Below are positions 50,580 through 60,323 of a DNA stretch of 64,000 nucleotides, one piece after another. The position numbers and the translations under genes were made by a program. How positions within the stretch are numbered: the stretch's first letter is position 1; each line of letters opens with the position of its first letter. The DNA is from an uncultured beta proteobacterium (GTDB lineage Bacteria > Pseudomonadota > Gammaproteobacteria > Burkholderiales > Casimicrobiaceae), in contig CAWGEB010000012.1 of the NCBI GenBank assembly GCA_963821485.1, positions 21,517 through 85,516 on the forward strand. The letters are read 5' to 3'. The notes under the pieces are model-generated. The model did no database searches. It had not been told where the DNA came from and saw only the letters and a program-made list of their open reading frames with translations.

Positions 50580-51289
50580 TGACTCTTCACAACGCGCATC
50601 AGGGCGTCAGCGACAGCTGCTGATCGGTGGCGAGCATTTGCGCTTCGTAGGTTTCGAGCGGTTGGATCCGCTCGTTCAGGGGCCGGAATCTTCTCGCGCG
50701 CCGGCCCTTGGTCAGCTCGGCAGCTTCCGGTTCGGTCGGTCGGCGGTGTCCATCTCCGCCAGGTACGCGCGATGCTCTGTTCGATCTGCGCCATCCGCCG
50801 CTGCATCTTGGCCGGGGTGAAGTTCTTGTCGCGGTTGATCACCGCGGTGATCTAGCTGCCATCGACGGCAACGATCGCCTCAGGTGAACAGATTGAGCGG
50901 GCGACACGAGCACGACGAACCGACGGCACACCTCGCGGGGGATCGCCCGCGCACTGTCGTTGCGGAAGCGGCAATGGCCTGAACTCCGGCCTCAGCCGTC
51001 CGGCTTAGCCGACATTAGCTCGGAGGGGTTGCGCTGCGGCTCGCGCCCAGCCGAGGCTGGACTGGATACGGTTTAGTAGCCGCAGATACAGAGCTTCAGC
51101 AGACCGCCGGGTGGTATGTCGGCGGTGTCGGCGCCGGGCACCCCTTCGAAGCCGAGCTCGCTCAGGTCGAGCCGATCAATGAAGACCTCGACCACGCGAC
51201 CGGATTCTCGCTTCAACGTAGTCCTCCAGATACGCGCGGAGCGAAGTGACCAGGGATCGGACCTCGCCGTCAATGAATCGCTGGGTCAT
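50470..51289 (-). pseudogene. IS1182-family transposase remnant (N-terminal ~60 percent, multiple frame breaks and stops)
   Basis: Reading down from ATG 51289, fragments in shifting frames appear in the order expected for this family: MTQRFIDGEVRS..LEDYVEA, VVEVFIDRLDLSELGFEGV, LLKLCICGYLNRIQSS, INRDKNFTPAKMQRRMAQIEQSIAR, GGIVGYIMQT, RLHLIVA. The C-terminal DDE part is missing. Confidence 0.65.
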
Positions 51290-51419
51290 GTTGCTGTCTC
51301 GAAGAAATCTCTCTCTGGAATATGGACGGCTTATCGAACGTTTATCACGACGGCCTCGGCCAGTTCCAGACGGTCGCCTTACATCTCAATTTCCCGGGAA
51401 GCAGCCGATGACGAGGCGG

Positions 51420-51652
51420 ACGGCGGGTCACAGGCGGCCGACATCCGCCGCGCGCGCAAGCACTTCAACTTCCGCTATCGCTCGAGCGCGCGCTGGTTTC
51501 AGATCTTTCGCGACTTCTACGGCCGACGCACAAGGCGTTCGTCGCGCTGGCGGAGGACATCGCCGCTTTGCTCGAACGGCTCAATGTCGCAGGGAAGTCG
51601 TCGCTGGGTCGTGCCGAGCGAATATCTGCAGGTCGTGATCGTCAAGCGCTGA
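51420..51652 (+). pseudogene. C-terminal remnant of a class I SAM-dependent methyltransferase
   Basis: ..QAADIRRARKHFNFRYRSSARWFQIFRDFYG, then (other frame) PTHKAFVALAEDIAALLERLNVAGKSS, then VVPSEYLQVVIVKR. The 5' two-thirds of the gene are absent, with the IS1182 end adjacent. Confidence 0.55.
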
Positions 51653-51828
51653 GGAGCCGAGATGCGCGATGAGTGCATCTCTGCGATATGGGGGCCGCAC
51701 GACGGCGAAACAAATGAAACAACACGGGCCCGTCGATGAAATCGTCCTGCTGCACGTGCGCCCTAGACTCACATGGCAACTCCGCCTTCGCGCCAGTTGC
51801 AGCCTTCATGCCACGCCAACCTTCCGCC

Positions 51829-53034
51829 ATGACGAATTTCGGCCGCCGCTTCTGGGTGCTTGCGGCGCTTTCCCTCGGCCCCGCTGTTGCGACGTCGTTC
51901 GCGCGATTCGCCTATGCGCTGATCCTGCCGGCGATGCGCGCCGAGCTCGATCTCAGCTACTCGCAGGCGGGTTCGCTCAACACCGCCAACGCGCTCGGCT
52001 ACCTCGTCGGAGCGCTGCTTTGCACGCGCTGCGTTCCGCGCCTGGGCAATCGGCGGCTGTTCTCGTTCGGACTGGTGGTGACCGTTCTGGCCCTCCTCGG
52101 CGCAGGCCTCGCCGAAAGCTTTGGCGAACAGATCGCCCTGCGCGCGGTCGCAGGCATGAGCTCCGCGATGGTCTATATCTCCGGCGCCGTTCTTGTAAGC
52201 AATCTCTATCCCGATCGGCCGGAGGTCTCGAAGAGCGCGATTGCCGTCTACTTCGCCGGAGCCGGTGCCGGGATCGTCATGTCGGGTGTTGGTATTCCAT
52301 GGCTGCTCGCGACACTCGGTGACGTCGCGTGGCGCAGCGCGTGGCTTGCGATCGGCGGCATTTCGGTGGTTTTCGCGACCGCGAGCATCTGGGCGTCACG
52401 CCGGATCACGGAGCCGGCGGCGGGCGCCATGGCCAGACCATGGTCGATGAGCGCATTCCAGGGCGCGCTCGCGAGCTATTTCCTTTTCGGGCTGGGCTAC
52501 ATCGCCTACATGACGTTCGTGATCGCATGGATGGTCTCGCGCGGCGCCTCAGCCGTGAGCGTCGCGCTCACTTGGGGCACGCTCGGTGTTGCTACGATGC
52601 TTGCTCCGATCGTCTGGCGCGTACCGCGCTCACGGTGGTCGGCCGCGAAGATGCTCGCCGCGGTGGGCGTAGTGATCAGCATCGGCGCAGCGATACCGCT
52701 CTACAGCACGGCGCTGCCCGCGATGATCCTTTCCGCGTTCTTCTTCGGAACGGCGATGTTCTCGGTCCCCACCAGCATCACCGATCTGATCAAGACATCG
52801 CTCCCGAAGACCGTATGGGGACCCGCAATGGCATTGTTCACCGTCGTGTTCGCGATCGGCCAGTCGATCGGGCCGGTACTCACCGGATGGATCGCCGACG
52901 CCGCGCACTCGCTCAACGCGAGCCTGGCGGCGTCCGTCGTCATCCTGCTGGGAGCAAGCGTCGCAGCGATGTGCCAGCGGGAAAACCCGATCGCACCGCC
53001 GTCTTCGATCAGCTCGAAGGTTGCCACTGGATGA
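51829..53034 (+). CDS. YbfB/YjiJ-family MFS transporter
   Basis: MTNFGRRFWVLAALSLGPAVATSFARFAYALILPAMRAELDLSYSQAGSLNTANALGYL..., 12 TM, 401 aa. Confidence 0.8.
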   Translation: MTNFGRRFWVLAALSLGPAVATSFARFAYALILPAMRAELDLSYSQAGSLNTANALGYLVGALLCTRCVPRLGNRRLFSFGLVVTVLALLGAGLAESFGEQIALRAVAGMSSAMVYISGAVLVSNLYPDRPEVSKSAIAVYFAGAGAGIVMSGVGIPWLLATLGDVAWRSAWLAIGGISVVFATASIWASRRITEPAAGAMARPWSMSAFQGALASYFLFGLGYIAYMTFVIAWMVSRGASAVSVALTWGTLGVATMLAPIVWRVPRSRWSAAKMLAAVGVVISIGAAIPLYSTALPAMILSAFFFGTAMFSVPTSITDLIKTSLPKTVWGPAMALFTVVFAIGQSIGPVLTGWIADAAHSLNASLAASVVILLGASVAAMCQRENPIAPPSSISSKVATG

Positions 53035-53155
53035 TGCGAATCGGCGTCGCTGCCCGGGGCTGGGCAAGACAGTTCCGTCCAAGCGCCGACGCATTGGTGC
53101 AAGCTCAAGCTATCAGTTCGGCGAGCGCACTATCAGCCGGCGCGGCTGCTCTGCT

Positions 53156-53347
53156 CTAGGTGCGGCGGTTCATCGTCGCGGCGCTGGCTGTGCCATGGGC
53201 CTGCCACATCCGTCCCAGGCGCCAATCGCGCTCACCGCGCGCTCGCAGGGACTGACTGCCGAGCAGATTGCCCCACCGCACTTCCAATGCGCCAATGAGG
53301 CACAACAGGCGCGCCTGGATATGGTCACGGGTTGTTTGTGCGGACAT
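53156..53347 (-). CDS. hypothetical 63-aa protein, weakly CsbD-like
   Basis: The ATG sits 6 nt after AAGGAG. The pattern ..RWGNLLGSQSLRARGERDWRLGRMWQ.. loosely recalls CsbD repeats. Confidence 0.4.
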   Translation of the reverse strand: MSAQTTRDHIQARLLCLIGALEVRWGNLLGSQSLRARGERDWRLGRMWQAHGTASAATMNRRT

Positions 53348-53619
53348 CTCAGGCTCCTTCGCTTCACGCACACTCTGCGCGCTGCGGCCGAAAGGAGGTA
53401 TCGGCGCCAACCGATTTGTCATGTCGGAAGATGGCGCGCTCGCCGTCGGATAATTACCTACGCCGCGCCAAACCCTTTTGTCGGGCTGGACAATCGCGGT
53501 CGAGAAGACGGGAACGACGCACCCGACTGGGTCGTGGCCCAGCTTGCGCGCGGGTCATGCGAACGGGGCTGCAGCGTCGATCAGCAGTCGACGGGCGTTG
53601 CGTCGCGTGGCGGCAGGTA

Positions 53620-53934
53620 CTACGAACCGGCCTGGGCTTCCTTCGTTTGGGCTCTTGCCTCGCCCAGAACGGTAGGAGGGCCACCGTTTGATGCCATCCA
53701 ACTATTGACGTACTGAGCCATCTCGGACGCGTCAGCGATGGCGGTGTGCAGGAGGCGCGACGCTTCGACGATCGCTAGTTTTGCCTCCGCCGGAATCTCG
53801 GAGGTGTCGCCATTGCATATGTATCGAAGGTCGAGATGTACTGCGGCAAGCTTGTCCGGGAGTGCTAGTATTTTTTCCGCCAGCACCGCCAATTGAATGG
53901 CGTCCACCGCAGCTTTTGGTCTCGTCACACTCAT
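53620..53934 (-). CDS. hypothetical protein
   Basis: 104 aa, ATG after AAAGGA, predicted helical. Divergent from the Crp-family gene. No family recognised. Confidence 0.45.
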   Translation of the reverse strand: MSVTRPKAAVDAIQLAVLAEKILALPDKLAAVHLDLRYICNGDTSEIPAEAKLAIVEASRLLHTAIADASEMAQYVNSWMASNGGPPTVLGEARAQTKEAQAGS

Positions 53935-54146
53935 CGAAGACCATCCTTTCCTAAGGGTCAATTGATCACTATTGCATCGAACAATTATCACCGCGCGAGG
54001 AATCGGCGCAAGGTACGTCCGGAGCCGGACATATCACTCGACGCGGGCGAAGGGGCGCGTATAGTCAAGGTTCTGTTCACCACTCGACATCGGGCCAGCA
54101 CCTTGTGCCGACTGTTGGATTTTCCAACGTCTCACCAGGTGTCCGC

Positions 54147-54908
54147 ATGGCCAAAGTCGAGCAGCCATTTGTTCCAACCAATTCCCTCATTGCTTCGTTG
54201 CCGCGGTCCGATCGCGACTACGTCGGCCGCTCCTGCGAGCATTCCGAACTAACGTTAGGTGACACCATTTGCGAGCCCGGCGATGCCATCGAGCATGTCT
54301 ACTTTCCTACCGGCAGTTACATATCCCTGATTACGCCCGCGGACGCCGCCGAAAGCATCGAGGTGGGCATGGTTGGCGACGAAGGGATGTTCGGAATTAC
54401 CTTGCTGCTCGACGTGCCGGCGTCGCCCCTGCTCGGCCTGGTCCAGGGCGCAGGCAGCGCACTGCGAATGACCGCCAATCGATTCAAACTGGCCGTTAGA
54501 GAAAGCGCTGCATTCCGCCGCACGCTCAATCGGTACTTGTACGTGCTGACGTCACAACTGGCGCAGACCGCGGCGTGCAACCGGTACCATCTCTTGGATG
54601 CGAGACTGGCACGCTGGCTGTTGATGACGCAGGACCGGGCCCATAGCGACACGTACCGGTTGACGCATGAATTCCTCGCGTACATGCTGGGCGTAAGGCG
54701 CACGGGCGTAACCGAGGCAGCGGGACGGCTACAAGCGAAGCGGTTGATCCACTATCGACGTGGCGAGCTTACCGTGCTCGATCGCAACGGACTTGAGACG
54801 ACAGCCTGTCCCTGCTACGTTGCATCCTCGAAAATGTATGCGCAATATCTCCGCAAACCCCGGAAAAGCGGCACGCGACAACTCGGCCACAAGGTTTTTG
54901 CGAAATAG
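54147..54908 (+). CDS. Crp/Fnr-family transcriptional regulator
   Basis: cNMP-binding-like N-domain (GDAIEHVYFPTGSYISL) and a C-terminal HTH (THEFLAYMLGVRRTGVTEAAGRLQ). Confidence 0.8.
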   Translation: MAKVEQPFVPTNSLIASLPRSDRDYVGRSCEHSELTLGDTICEPGDAIEHVYFPTGSYISLITPADAAESIEVGMVGDEGMFGITLLLDVPASPLLGLVQGAGSALRMTANRFKLAVRESAAFRRTLNRYLYVLTSQLAQTAACNRYHLLDARLARWLLMTQDRAHSDTYRLTHEFLAYMLGVRRTGVTEAAGRLQAKRLIHYRRGELTVLDRNGLETTACPCYVASSKMYAQYLRKPRKSGTRQLGHKVFAK

Positions 54909-54953
54909 CGATTGCTGAGGGGCGAATGCCGGTCGCCACGGGCACGCGCTGTT

Positions 54954-55154
54954 CTACATCGCGGTGGGAAACGTGGTGTGTCGCGGCATTTCGGATGTGG
55001 CGTGTCCCAAGTGCGACGGCGCCCCGAAAAGTCCCAGCAGTCCGATGACGATCAGATAAATGGCGACGATATAGTTCAAGAGCCGGGGTATTGCCAAAAT
55101 CAAGATCCCCGCAATAAGGGCCATGAGCGGACCGATCGCCAACGTCAGATTCAT
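54954..55154 (-). CDS. DUF3096 family small membrane protein
   Basis: MNLTLAIGPLMALIAGILILAIPRLLNYIVAIYLIVIGLLGL, typical of DUF3096. Confidence 0.7.
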   Translation of the reverse strand: MNLTLAIGPLMALIAGILILAIPRLLNYIVAIYLIVIGLLGLFGAPSHLGHATSEMPRHTTFPTAM

Positions 55155-55300
55155 TGTTTTTCCCCTCTGTCAGCGGGCCCCACCCGAACCCTCGATCGCA
55201 ATCTACCGAAAATTGACTTGTCGTAAATGTCGGCGTTGTCTGAAAGACAAGTAGGACAAGCGGTAATTCGTTATCGATCATACATAGGCGTCGGTCGATT

Positions 55301-55858
55301 ATGCGTATTGCGGTAGTGCTCCTACTCAACTTGCTTGCCCAGCACGTGTCGGCAAATGACTTGCTATGGCAGAAGCTCGAGACCGAAGCCGATCTTGTTG
55401 TGTTGATGCGCCACACTCAGCCGGCAGGCGGCAATCCGCTTACTTGGGACGAAGGCGGAAGCTGCAGGGGTGAATCGATGTTGACCGCAGAGGGCAAAAC
55501 GCACGCTCGGAAGATCGGCGAAGCGTTTGCCAAGCACGGCATTAAGCCTTCCGTCATAAGCTCTCCGATGTGCCGCTGCCGCGATACTGCGCGAATTGCA
55601 TTTGGCGAAGCACTTGTAACCGATGCTGCGTTGCGCGAGATCGCAACGGCCGATCGGGAGCGGACAACCGCCTTCGAGCGCAAGGCCCAGTCGCTGATCG
55701 CCAGCCACCGTGGGTCGTCGCCAGTGGTCTTTGTGAGTCACCGGCCAAACATTGACCTGCTCAGTCTGGAGTTGATTGATGAGGGAGAGCTGCTAGTCGC
55801 ACGAGCCAATGAAAACGGAGAGCTGACTGTGTTGGGCAAGATCCAAGTCCCGCCATGA
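55301..55858 (+). CDS. histidine phosphatase family protein, secreted
   Basis: Signal peptide, then VLMRHT (RHG-type motif) ...SSPMCRCRDTA...VSHRPNI. Confidence 0.7.
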   Translation: MRIAVVLLLNLLAQHVSANDLLWQKLETEADLVVLMRHTQPAGGNPLTWDEGGSCRGESMLTAEGKTHARKIGEAFAKHGIKPSVISSPMCRCRDTARIAFGEALVTDAALREIATADRERTTAFERKAQSLIASHRGSSPVVFVSHRPNIDLLSLELIDEGELLVARANENGELTVLGKIQVPP

Positions 55859-55993
55859 TCCGCGGCCTAACCCCTCTTTGCACGGGACGACCTTCGGACG
55901 CCCGTGAACTTGTACTACTCCCCTGAGATTTCGTCCGCGCGTAAAATCCCGCCTACGCCCCTGAACGGCCCGTACCTGCTGCTGGAGGAGATC

Positions 55994-56965
55994 ATGCGTG
56001 GTATACGCAGCATTCTGTGGCTCATGGCGCTGTGCACCACGGTAAACAGCGCACTGGTGCAAGCTCAAGCCTATCCGACCAGGCCCGTACGTCTTGTCGT
56101 CGGCTTCACCCCCGGCGGAGGGGTGGACATCAATGCGCGGCTGCTCGCATCCAAGCTCTCCGAGCTCCTCGGCCAGCAGGTGATCGTCGATAATCGCCCC
56201 GGGGCCGGGACCAACATCGCCAACGAATACGTGGCGAAAGCGGCCCCGGACGGCTACACCTTGTTGATGAGTAGTCCTGCGATAGCGATAAACATGGCGC
56301 TCTACAAGAATCTTCCGTACGACACGCTGCGTGATTTTGTGGCGGTCTCGATATTCTCGGAGAGCCCGAACATACTCGTGGTGAACTCATCGTCGCCAGC
56401 GAAAAGCATGAGCGAGCTGATCGCACTCGCACGCGCGAAGCCAGGGGTACTGAACTATTCGTCGGCGGGCACCGGAACGACGCAGCACCTCGCGGGCGAG
56501 CTTTTGAAGCTGCGCACGGGAACGAACATCGTGCACGTGCCGTACAAGGGAAGCGCGCCCTCGCTCACCGCGTTGATCGCTGGCGACGTGGACTTGAGCT
56601 TCGCCAACGTTCCCGCGATCTTGCAACACGTGAAATCGGGAAGGCTCCGCCCTCTTGCATCGACAGGTACCCGCCGGTCGGAGTTGATGCCCGATGTGCC
56701 GACCATGCGGGAGGCCGGGTTGACCGGCATCGAAATGACGGTGTGGTACGGCGTGCTCGCTCCCGCGGCGACGCCACGCGACATCGTCAATACGCTGTCC
56801 GAAGCGATCATTAAGGCCGCGCGTTCCCCGGACATCAAGCAGCGTCTGCTCGATCAGGGGGCGGAGCCGGTCGGCAACACGCCCGTGGAGTTCGACGAGA
56901 TCCTGCGCGAGGAAGTCGCGAAATGGGGCGAGGTGATCAGGACCTCCGGTATCCAGGTCGAGTGA
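55994..56965 (+). CDS. Bug-family (TctC-like) substrate-binding protein
   Basis: GGAGGAG then ATG. Signal peptide MRGIRSILWLMALCTTVNSALVQA, YPTRPVRLVVGFTPGGG..., 323 aa. Confidence 0.85.
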   Translation: MRGIRSILWLMALCTTVNSALVQAQAYPTRPVRLVVGFTPGGGVDINARLLASKLSELLGQQVIVDNRPGAGTNIANEYVAKAAPDGYTLLMSSPAIAINMALYKNLPYDTLRDFVAVSIFSESPNILVVNSSSPAKSMSELIALARAKPGVLNYSSAGTGTTQHLAGELLKLRTGTNIVHVPYKGSAPSLTALIAGDVDLSFANVPAILQHVKSGRLRPLASTGTRRSELMPDVPTMREAGLTGIEMTVWYGVLAPAATPRDIVNTLSEAIIKAARSPDIKQRLLDQGAEPVGNTPVEFDEILREEVAKWGEVIRTSGIQVE

Positions 56966-56970
56966 GAACG

Positions 56971-58125
56971 TCAGTTCTCTTCGCGGCGCTGCGGGAAGCT
57001 CCGTTCGAACACGGCCTCGGCGATGCGGTTCTTGAGGATTTCGATCGAGCCGCCGGCGATCATCCAGCCACGGCAGCGCCGCACGCAATACTCGACCAGC
57101 GCCTCCTGGGAATAGCCGAGGCCACCCATCACCTGCAGCGCCTCGTTCGCGATGTCGAAGCCGGCCTGGTTGCAGAACGCCTTGGCAATCGCGGTCTCCT
57201 CTGCGGACGGAAAGCCACAGTCGGCGTTGGCCGCCGCACGATATAGCAGCAGTTGCCCCGCATCGAGCTTCATTTTCATGTCGGCGAACTTCCATTGCAG
57301 GCCCTGGAACTCGCAGAGCGTGCGACCGAATTGCTTCCTTTGCATCGCCCATTGTCGTGCCGCCTCGTAGGCATAGCGGCCAAGCGCGAGCGAGCGGGCA
57401 GCGTTGCCGATGCGTTCGACGTTGAAGCCGGCGATCAGCTTCTTGAATCCGCCCTCCTTAAGCACCAACGCATCGGCGGGAACGAAGACGTTCTCGAAGT
57501 AGATCTGCGCCCACTCCTCATCGGACATGAACTTCGAGCGCTTGCCGATGCGCACTCCCGGCGCCTTCAAGTCGATCAGTACCGAGCCGATGCCGCCCAC
57601 TCCAGGGCCGAAGCGCACGTAGGTGAGCATCACGTCGGCGTACGTCGAGTGCGTGGCAAAGATCTTGGAGCCGTTAATGCGATAACCAGCGCCGTCTGCA
57701 GTGGCGGCGGTCGTGAGGTCGGTCACGGCCGATCCGGCTTCTGGCTCGGTCATCCCAACCGAGATAACCGATTCGCCGGCCAGCAGTGGCGCGAGGTAAC
57801 GCTTCTTCTGCGGTGGTGTGCCGTATTCGGCAAGAACGCGGATCGGGCCGAAGTTGCCCACCTGAACGACGTCGGCGCTTTTCGGGCACATCGAGGCGAC
57901 GGTCTCGATCGCGATGACTGCGTCGATCAGCGTGCCGCCATGACCACCGTCAGCCTCTGAGATCGTGATGCCGAGCAGCCCGTGAGCGGCCATGAGCTTC
58001 GCGACATCCCATGGGTACTCGAGAGAGTGCGCGCGCTCGTGCGCGCCCGGCGCCAAGTGCTTCTGGGCGATGCGCCGCACCGATTCGCGAAACTGCTCCT
58101 GCTCGGAAGTGAGGCGAAAATCCAT
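56971..58125 (-). CDS. acyl-CoA dehydrogenase
   Basis: MDFRLTSEQEQFRESVRR..., GMTEPEAGS, GGLGYSQE. 384 aa. Confidence 0.85.
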   Translation of the reverse strand: MDFRLTSEQEQFRESVRRIAQKHLAPGAHERAHSLEYPWDVAKLMAAHGLLGITISEADGGHGGTLIDAVIAIETVASMCPKSADVVQVGNFGPIRVLAEYGTPPQKKRYLAPLLAGESVISVGMTEPEAGSAVTDLTTAATADGAGYRINGSKIFATHSTYADVMLTYVRFGPGVGGIGSVLIDLKAPGVRIGKRSKFMSDEEWAQIYFENVFVPADALVLKEGGFKKLIAGFNVERIGNAARSLALGRYAYEAARQWAMQRKQFGRTLCEFQGLQWKFADMKMKLDAGQLLLYRAAANADCGFPSAEETAIAKAFCNQAGFDIANEALQVMGGLGYSQEALVEYCVRRCRGWMIAGGSIEILKNRIAEAVFERSFPQRREEN

Positions 58126-58217
58126 GGCGTCCTTCAGACTGTCGCGAGCTGCCGTATCCCGATTCGATGACGCAGCATCAGACCGCAACCATCAGCCCGC
58201 GCCGCGTTCCAATCCTG

Positions 58218-60317
58218 CTAGTGATCCTTCAACACAACGAGCCCGTCGACCGCGACCACACCCTTCGATTTTACGATGAGCGGGTTGATCTCCGCCTCCG
58301 CGACGGGCTGACCCGGCATGAGCGCGAGCCGAGACAATGCAACCACCACCTTGGCGAGGGCCGCGACGTCGCCGCGCGGCAAATTGCGGTAGCCGCGAAG
58401 CGTTGCCAGGCCTTTCACTTCCTCGATCATCGTCGCCGCCTCGTCCTCGCTCACCGGCGCTAAACGCAGCGCGTAGTCCCCGTAGATCTCGGCAAGTGTT
58501 CCTCCCGCCCCGACCAGCACCAGTGGACCGACCATGTCGTCATGACGATAGCCGACGATGACTTCGGCGAGACCGACCTCCATTCGCTGCACGATGATCC
58601 CTTCCACGCGTGCAGCAGGTTGCATCGCCGCGACCGAGACGAGCAATTGGCGCACTTGCTCATCAAACTCGCTGCGGCTGGAGATGCGCAGCGCGACTCC
58701 GCCCGCCTCGGTCTTGTGCGCGATATCGGGCGAGAGAACCTTTGCCGCGACCGGGTATTCGAGGCCGTGCTCGTAGTTCGGCGCACAAGCAATCGTTGAC
58801 TCCACCGAACGCACGCCCAACGCAGAGAAAAGCGCAAGTGCCTGGGCTTCGTGGAGTCTTCCTCGGCGCGGCAGTCCGCTGGGCCAGTCGAGGCGCGATG
58901 CGATCGCGGTCTGATCCGACATGCGACGCGGCACGCGCCAGGCGAAAAAAGCCGCGAGCGCATCAGCGCAGGACTCGGGCGTGCGGAATGCAGCGATTCC
59001 GCGCCCCGCCAGGAGCGCGAGGGAACGCTCGGCGCAGGGTGTGAGAAACACGGCAAGCGGTTTTGCAGTTCTGAGAGAGCGCAAGATCGGCTCGATGGCA
59101 AGTTGCGGATGAAACTGCGCGGATGAGCCGACGATGGCGAGCACTGCATCGCAGGCCGGCGATTCGAGTAGCACGTCGAGCACGTCCGCGTAGCGCTTGC
59201 CCGTCGCGGCCATGGTCAGATCGATGATCGGCGAGGAGAGGCTTTGCACACCAAGGGCGTCCAGCCGTTCCCGCAAAGGTGCACCCGGTGCCATGGTCTC
59301 GAGTCCGTGCATGCCCATCCGGTCGACCACGCTCGCCGCGCCGCCACCGGTTGTCGTCAGTACCGCAACACGCGCGGCGTGTGTCAGGGCCGGCGGAGTC
59401 CGGCCGCGGAGGAGCGGCGCAATCTCGATGAGCGTTTCGAGCAAGTCCACCCTGACGATGCCGCAATCGCGAAAATAAGCATCGACCGCTGCGTCTGATC
59501 CGGCGAGCGCACCGGTGTGCGAATGCGCCAGCGCTTCGCCGAGGCGCGAGCGGCCGAGCTTGTAAGCCACCACTGGTTTCCCGGCGGCGTGGGCCTTGCG
59601 TGCCGCGGCGGCAAGGCGCGCGCTATCGCGCACGGTCTCGAGAAACAACAGGATGACTTGCGTAGCGGAGTCCTCGGCGAGCAGCTCCACCAGCTCACCG
59701 ACACCCAGGTCCGCTTCGTTGCCAACCGAAATGAGCTTGGCAAATCCCAACCCTCGAGGGGCGCCGCGCGAGAGCACAGTGCCGAGCATGGTCCCGCTCT
59801 GCGATATCACGCTCGTCGTGCCCGCCGGCAGCGCATCGATCTCAAGCACGGCGTTGACCGTAAGCGCAACGCAGCCGGGAATGTCGATCAAGCCCATGCT
59901 GTTCGGGCCGAGCAGCCGCACGCCGAGCGCGCGCGCGCGTGCCACCAGCCGGGATTGTCGCGCCGCGCCATCGGCGCCAGCGTCGGCGAAGCCGCCGCTC
60001 AGAATCGTGACGACCGGGATGCGGCGCGCGCCACACTCCTCCACCGCCTGCTCGACGGATTCGCCGGCCGTCATGACAAAAGCGTGATCAATCTCACCGG
60101 GCGCTTCGGCCAGGCTCGGCCAGGCGCGCTCGCCGAGCACTTCGCCCCGCGAGGCATTGATCGGGACGATTCGCCCCGTGTAGCCGTGCTTGCGCAGGAA
60201 GCGCAGCGGACGGGCGGTGTGCTTCGCTGCATCGCCGGATGCACCGAGCAGCGCGATGGCGCGGGGAGCAAAAAGCGCTTGCGTGAGATTCACGTGGAGA
60301 ACAGGCAACGCGCTCAC
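58218..60317 (-). CDS. ADP-forming acyl-CoA synthetase (CoA-binding + succinyl-CoA-ligase-like + ATP-grasp domains)
   Basis: 699 aa. IALLGASGD...RIVPINASRGEV.. CoA-binding N-terminus, GPNSMGL, and a C-terminal ATP-grasp (YPVAAKVLSPDIAHKTEAGGV). Confidence 0.8.
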   Translation of the reverse strand: MSALPVLHVNLTQALFAPRAIALLGASGDAAKHTARPLRFLRKHGYTGRIVPINASRGEVLGERAWPSLAEAPGEIDHAFVMTAGESVEQAVEECGARRIPVVTILSGGFADAGADGAARQSRLVARARALGVRLLGPNSMGLIDIPGCVALTVNAVLEIDALPAGTTSVISQSGTMLGTVLSRGAPRGLGFAKLISVGNEADLGVGELVELLAEDSATQVILLFLETVRDSARLAAAARKAHAAGKPVVAYKLGRSRLGEALAHSHTGALAGSDAAVDAYFRDCGIVRVDLLETLIEIAPLLRGRTPPALTHAARVAVLTTTGGGAASVVDRMGMHGLETMAPGAPLRERLDALGVQSLSSPIIDLTMAATGKRYADVLDVLLESPACDAVLAIVGSSAQFHPQLAIEPILRSLRTAKPLAVFLTPCAERSLALLAGRGIAAFRTPESCADALAAFFAWRVPRRMSDQTAIASRLDWPSGLPRRGRLHEAQALALFSALGVRSVESTIACAPNYEHGLEYPVAAKVLSPDIAHKTEAGGVALRISSRSEFDEQVRQLLVSVAAMQPAARVEGIIVQRMEVGLAEVIVGYRHDDMVGPLVLVGAGGTLAEIYGDYALRLAPVSEDEAATMIEEVKGLATLRGYRNLPRGDVAALAKVVVALSRLALMPGQPVAEAEINPLIVKSKGVVAVDGLVVLKDH

Positions 60318-60323
60318 ATTTTC

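Noticed and set aside
53095-53110. 16-nt identity TGGTGCAAGCTCAAGC shared with 56055..56070 (signal-peptide region of the Bug gene).
   Set aside because: It is short enough to occur by chance in 64 kb, and the flanking sequence shows no further similarity or coding remnant.
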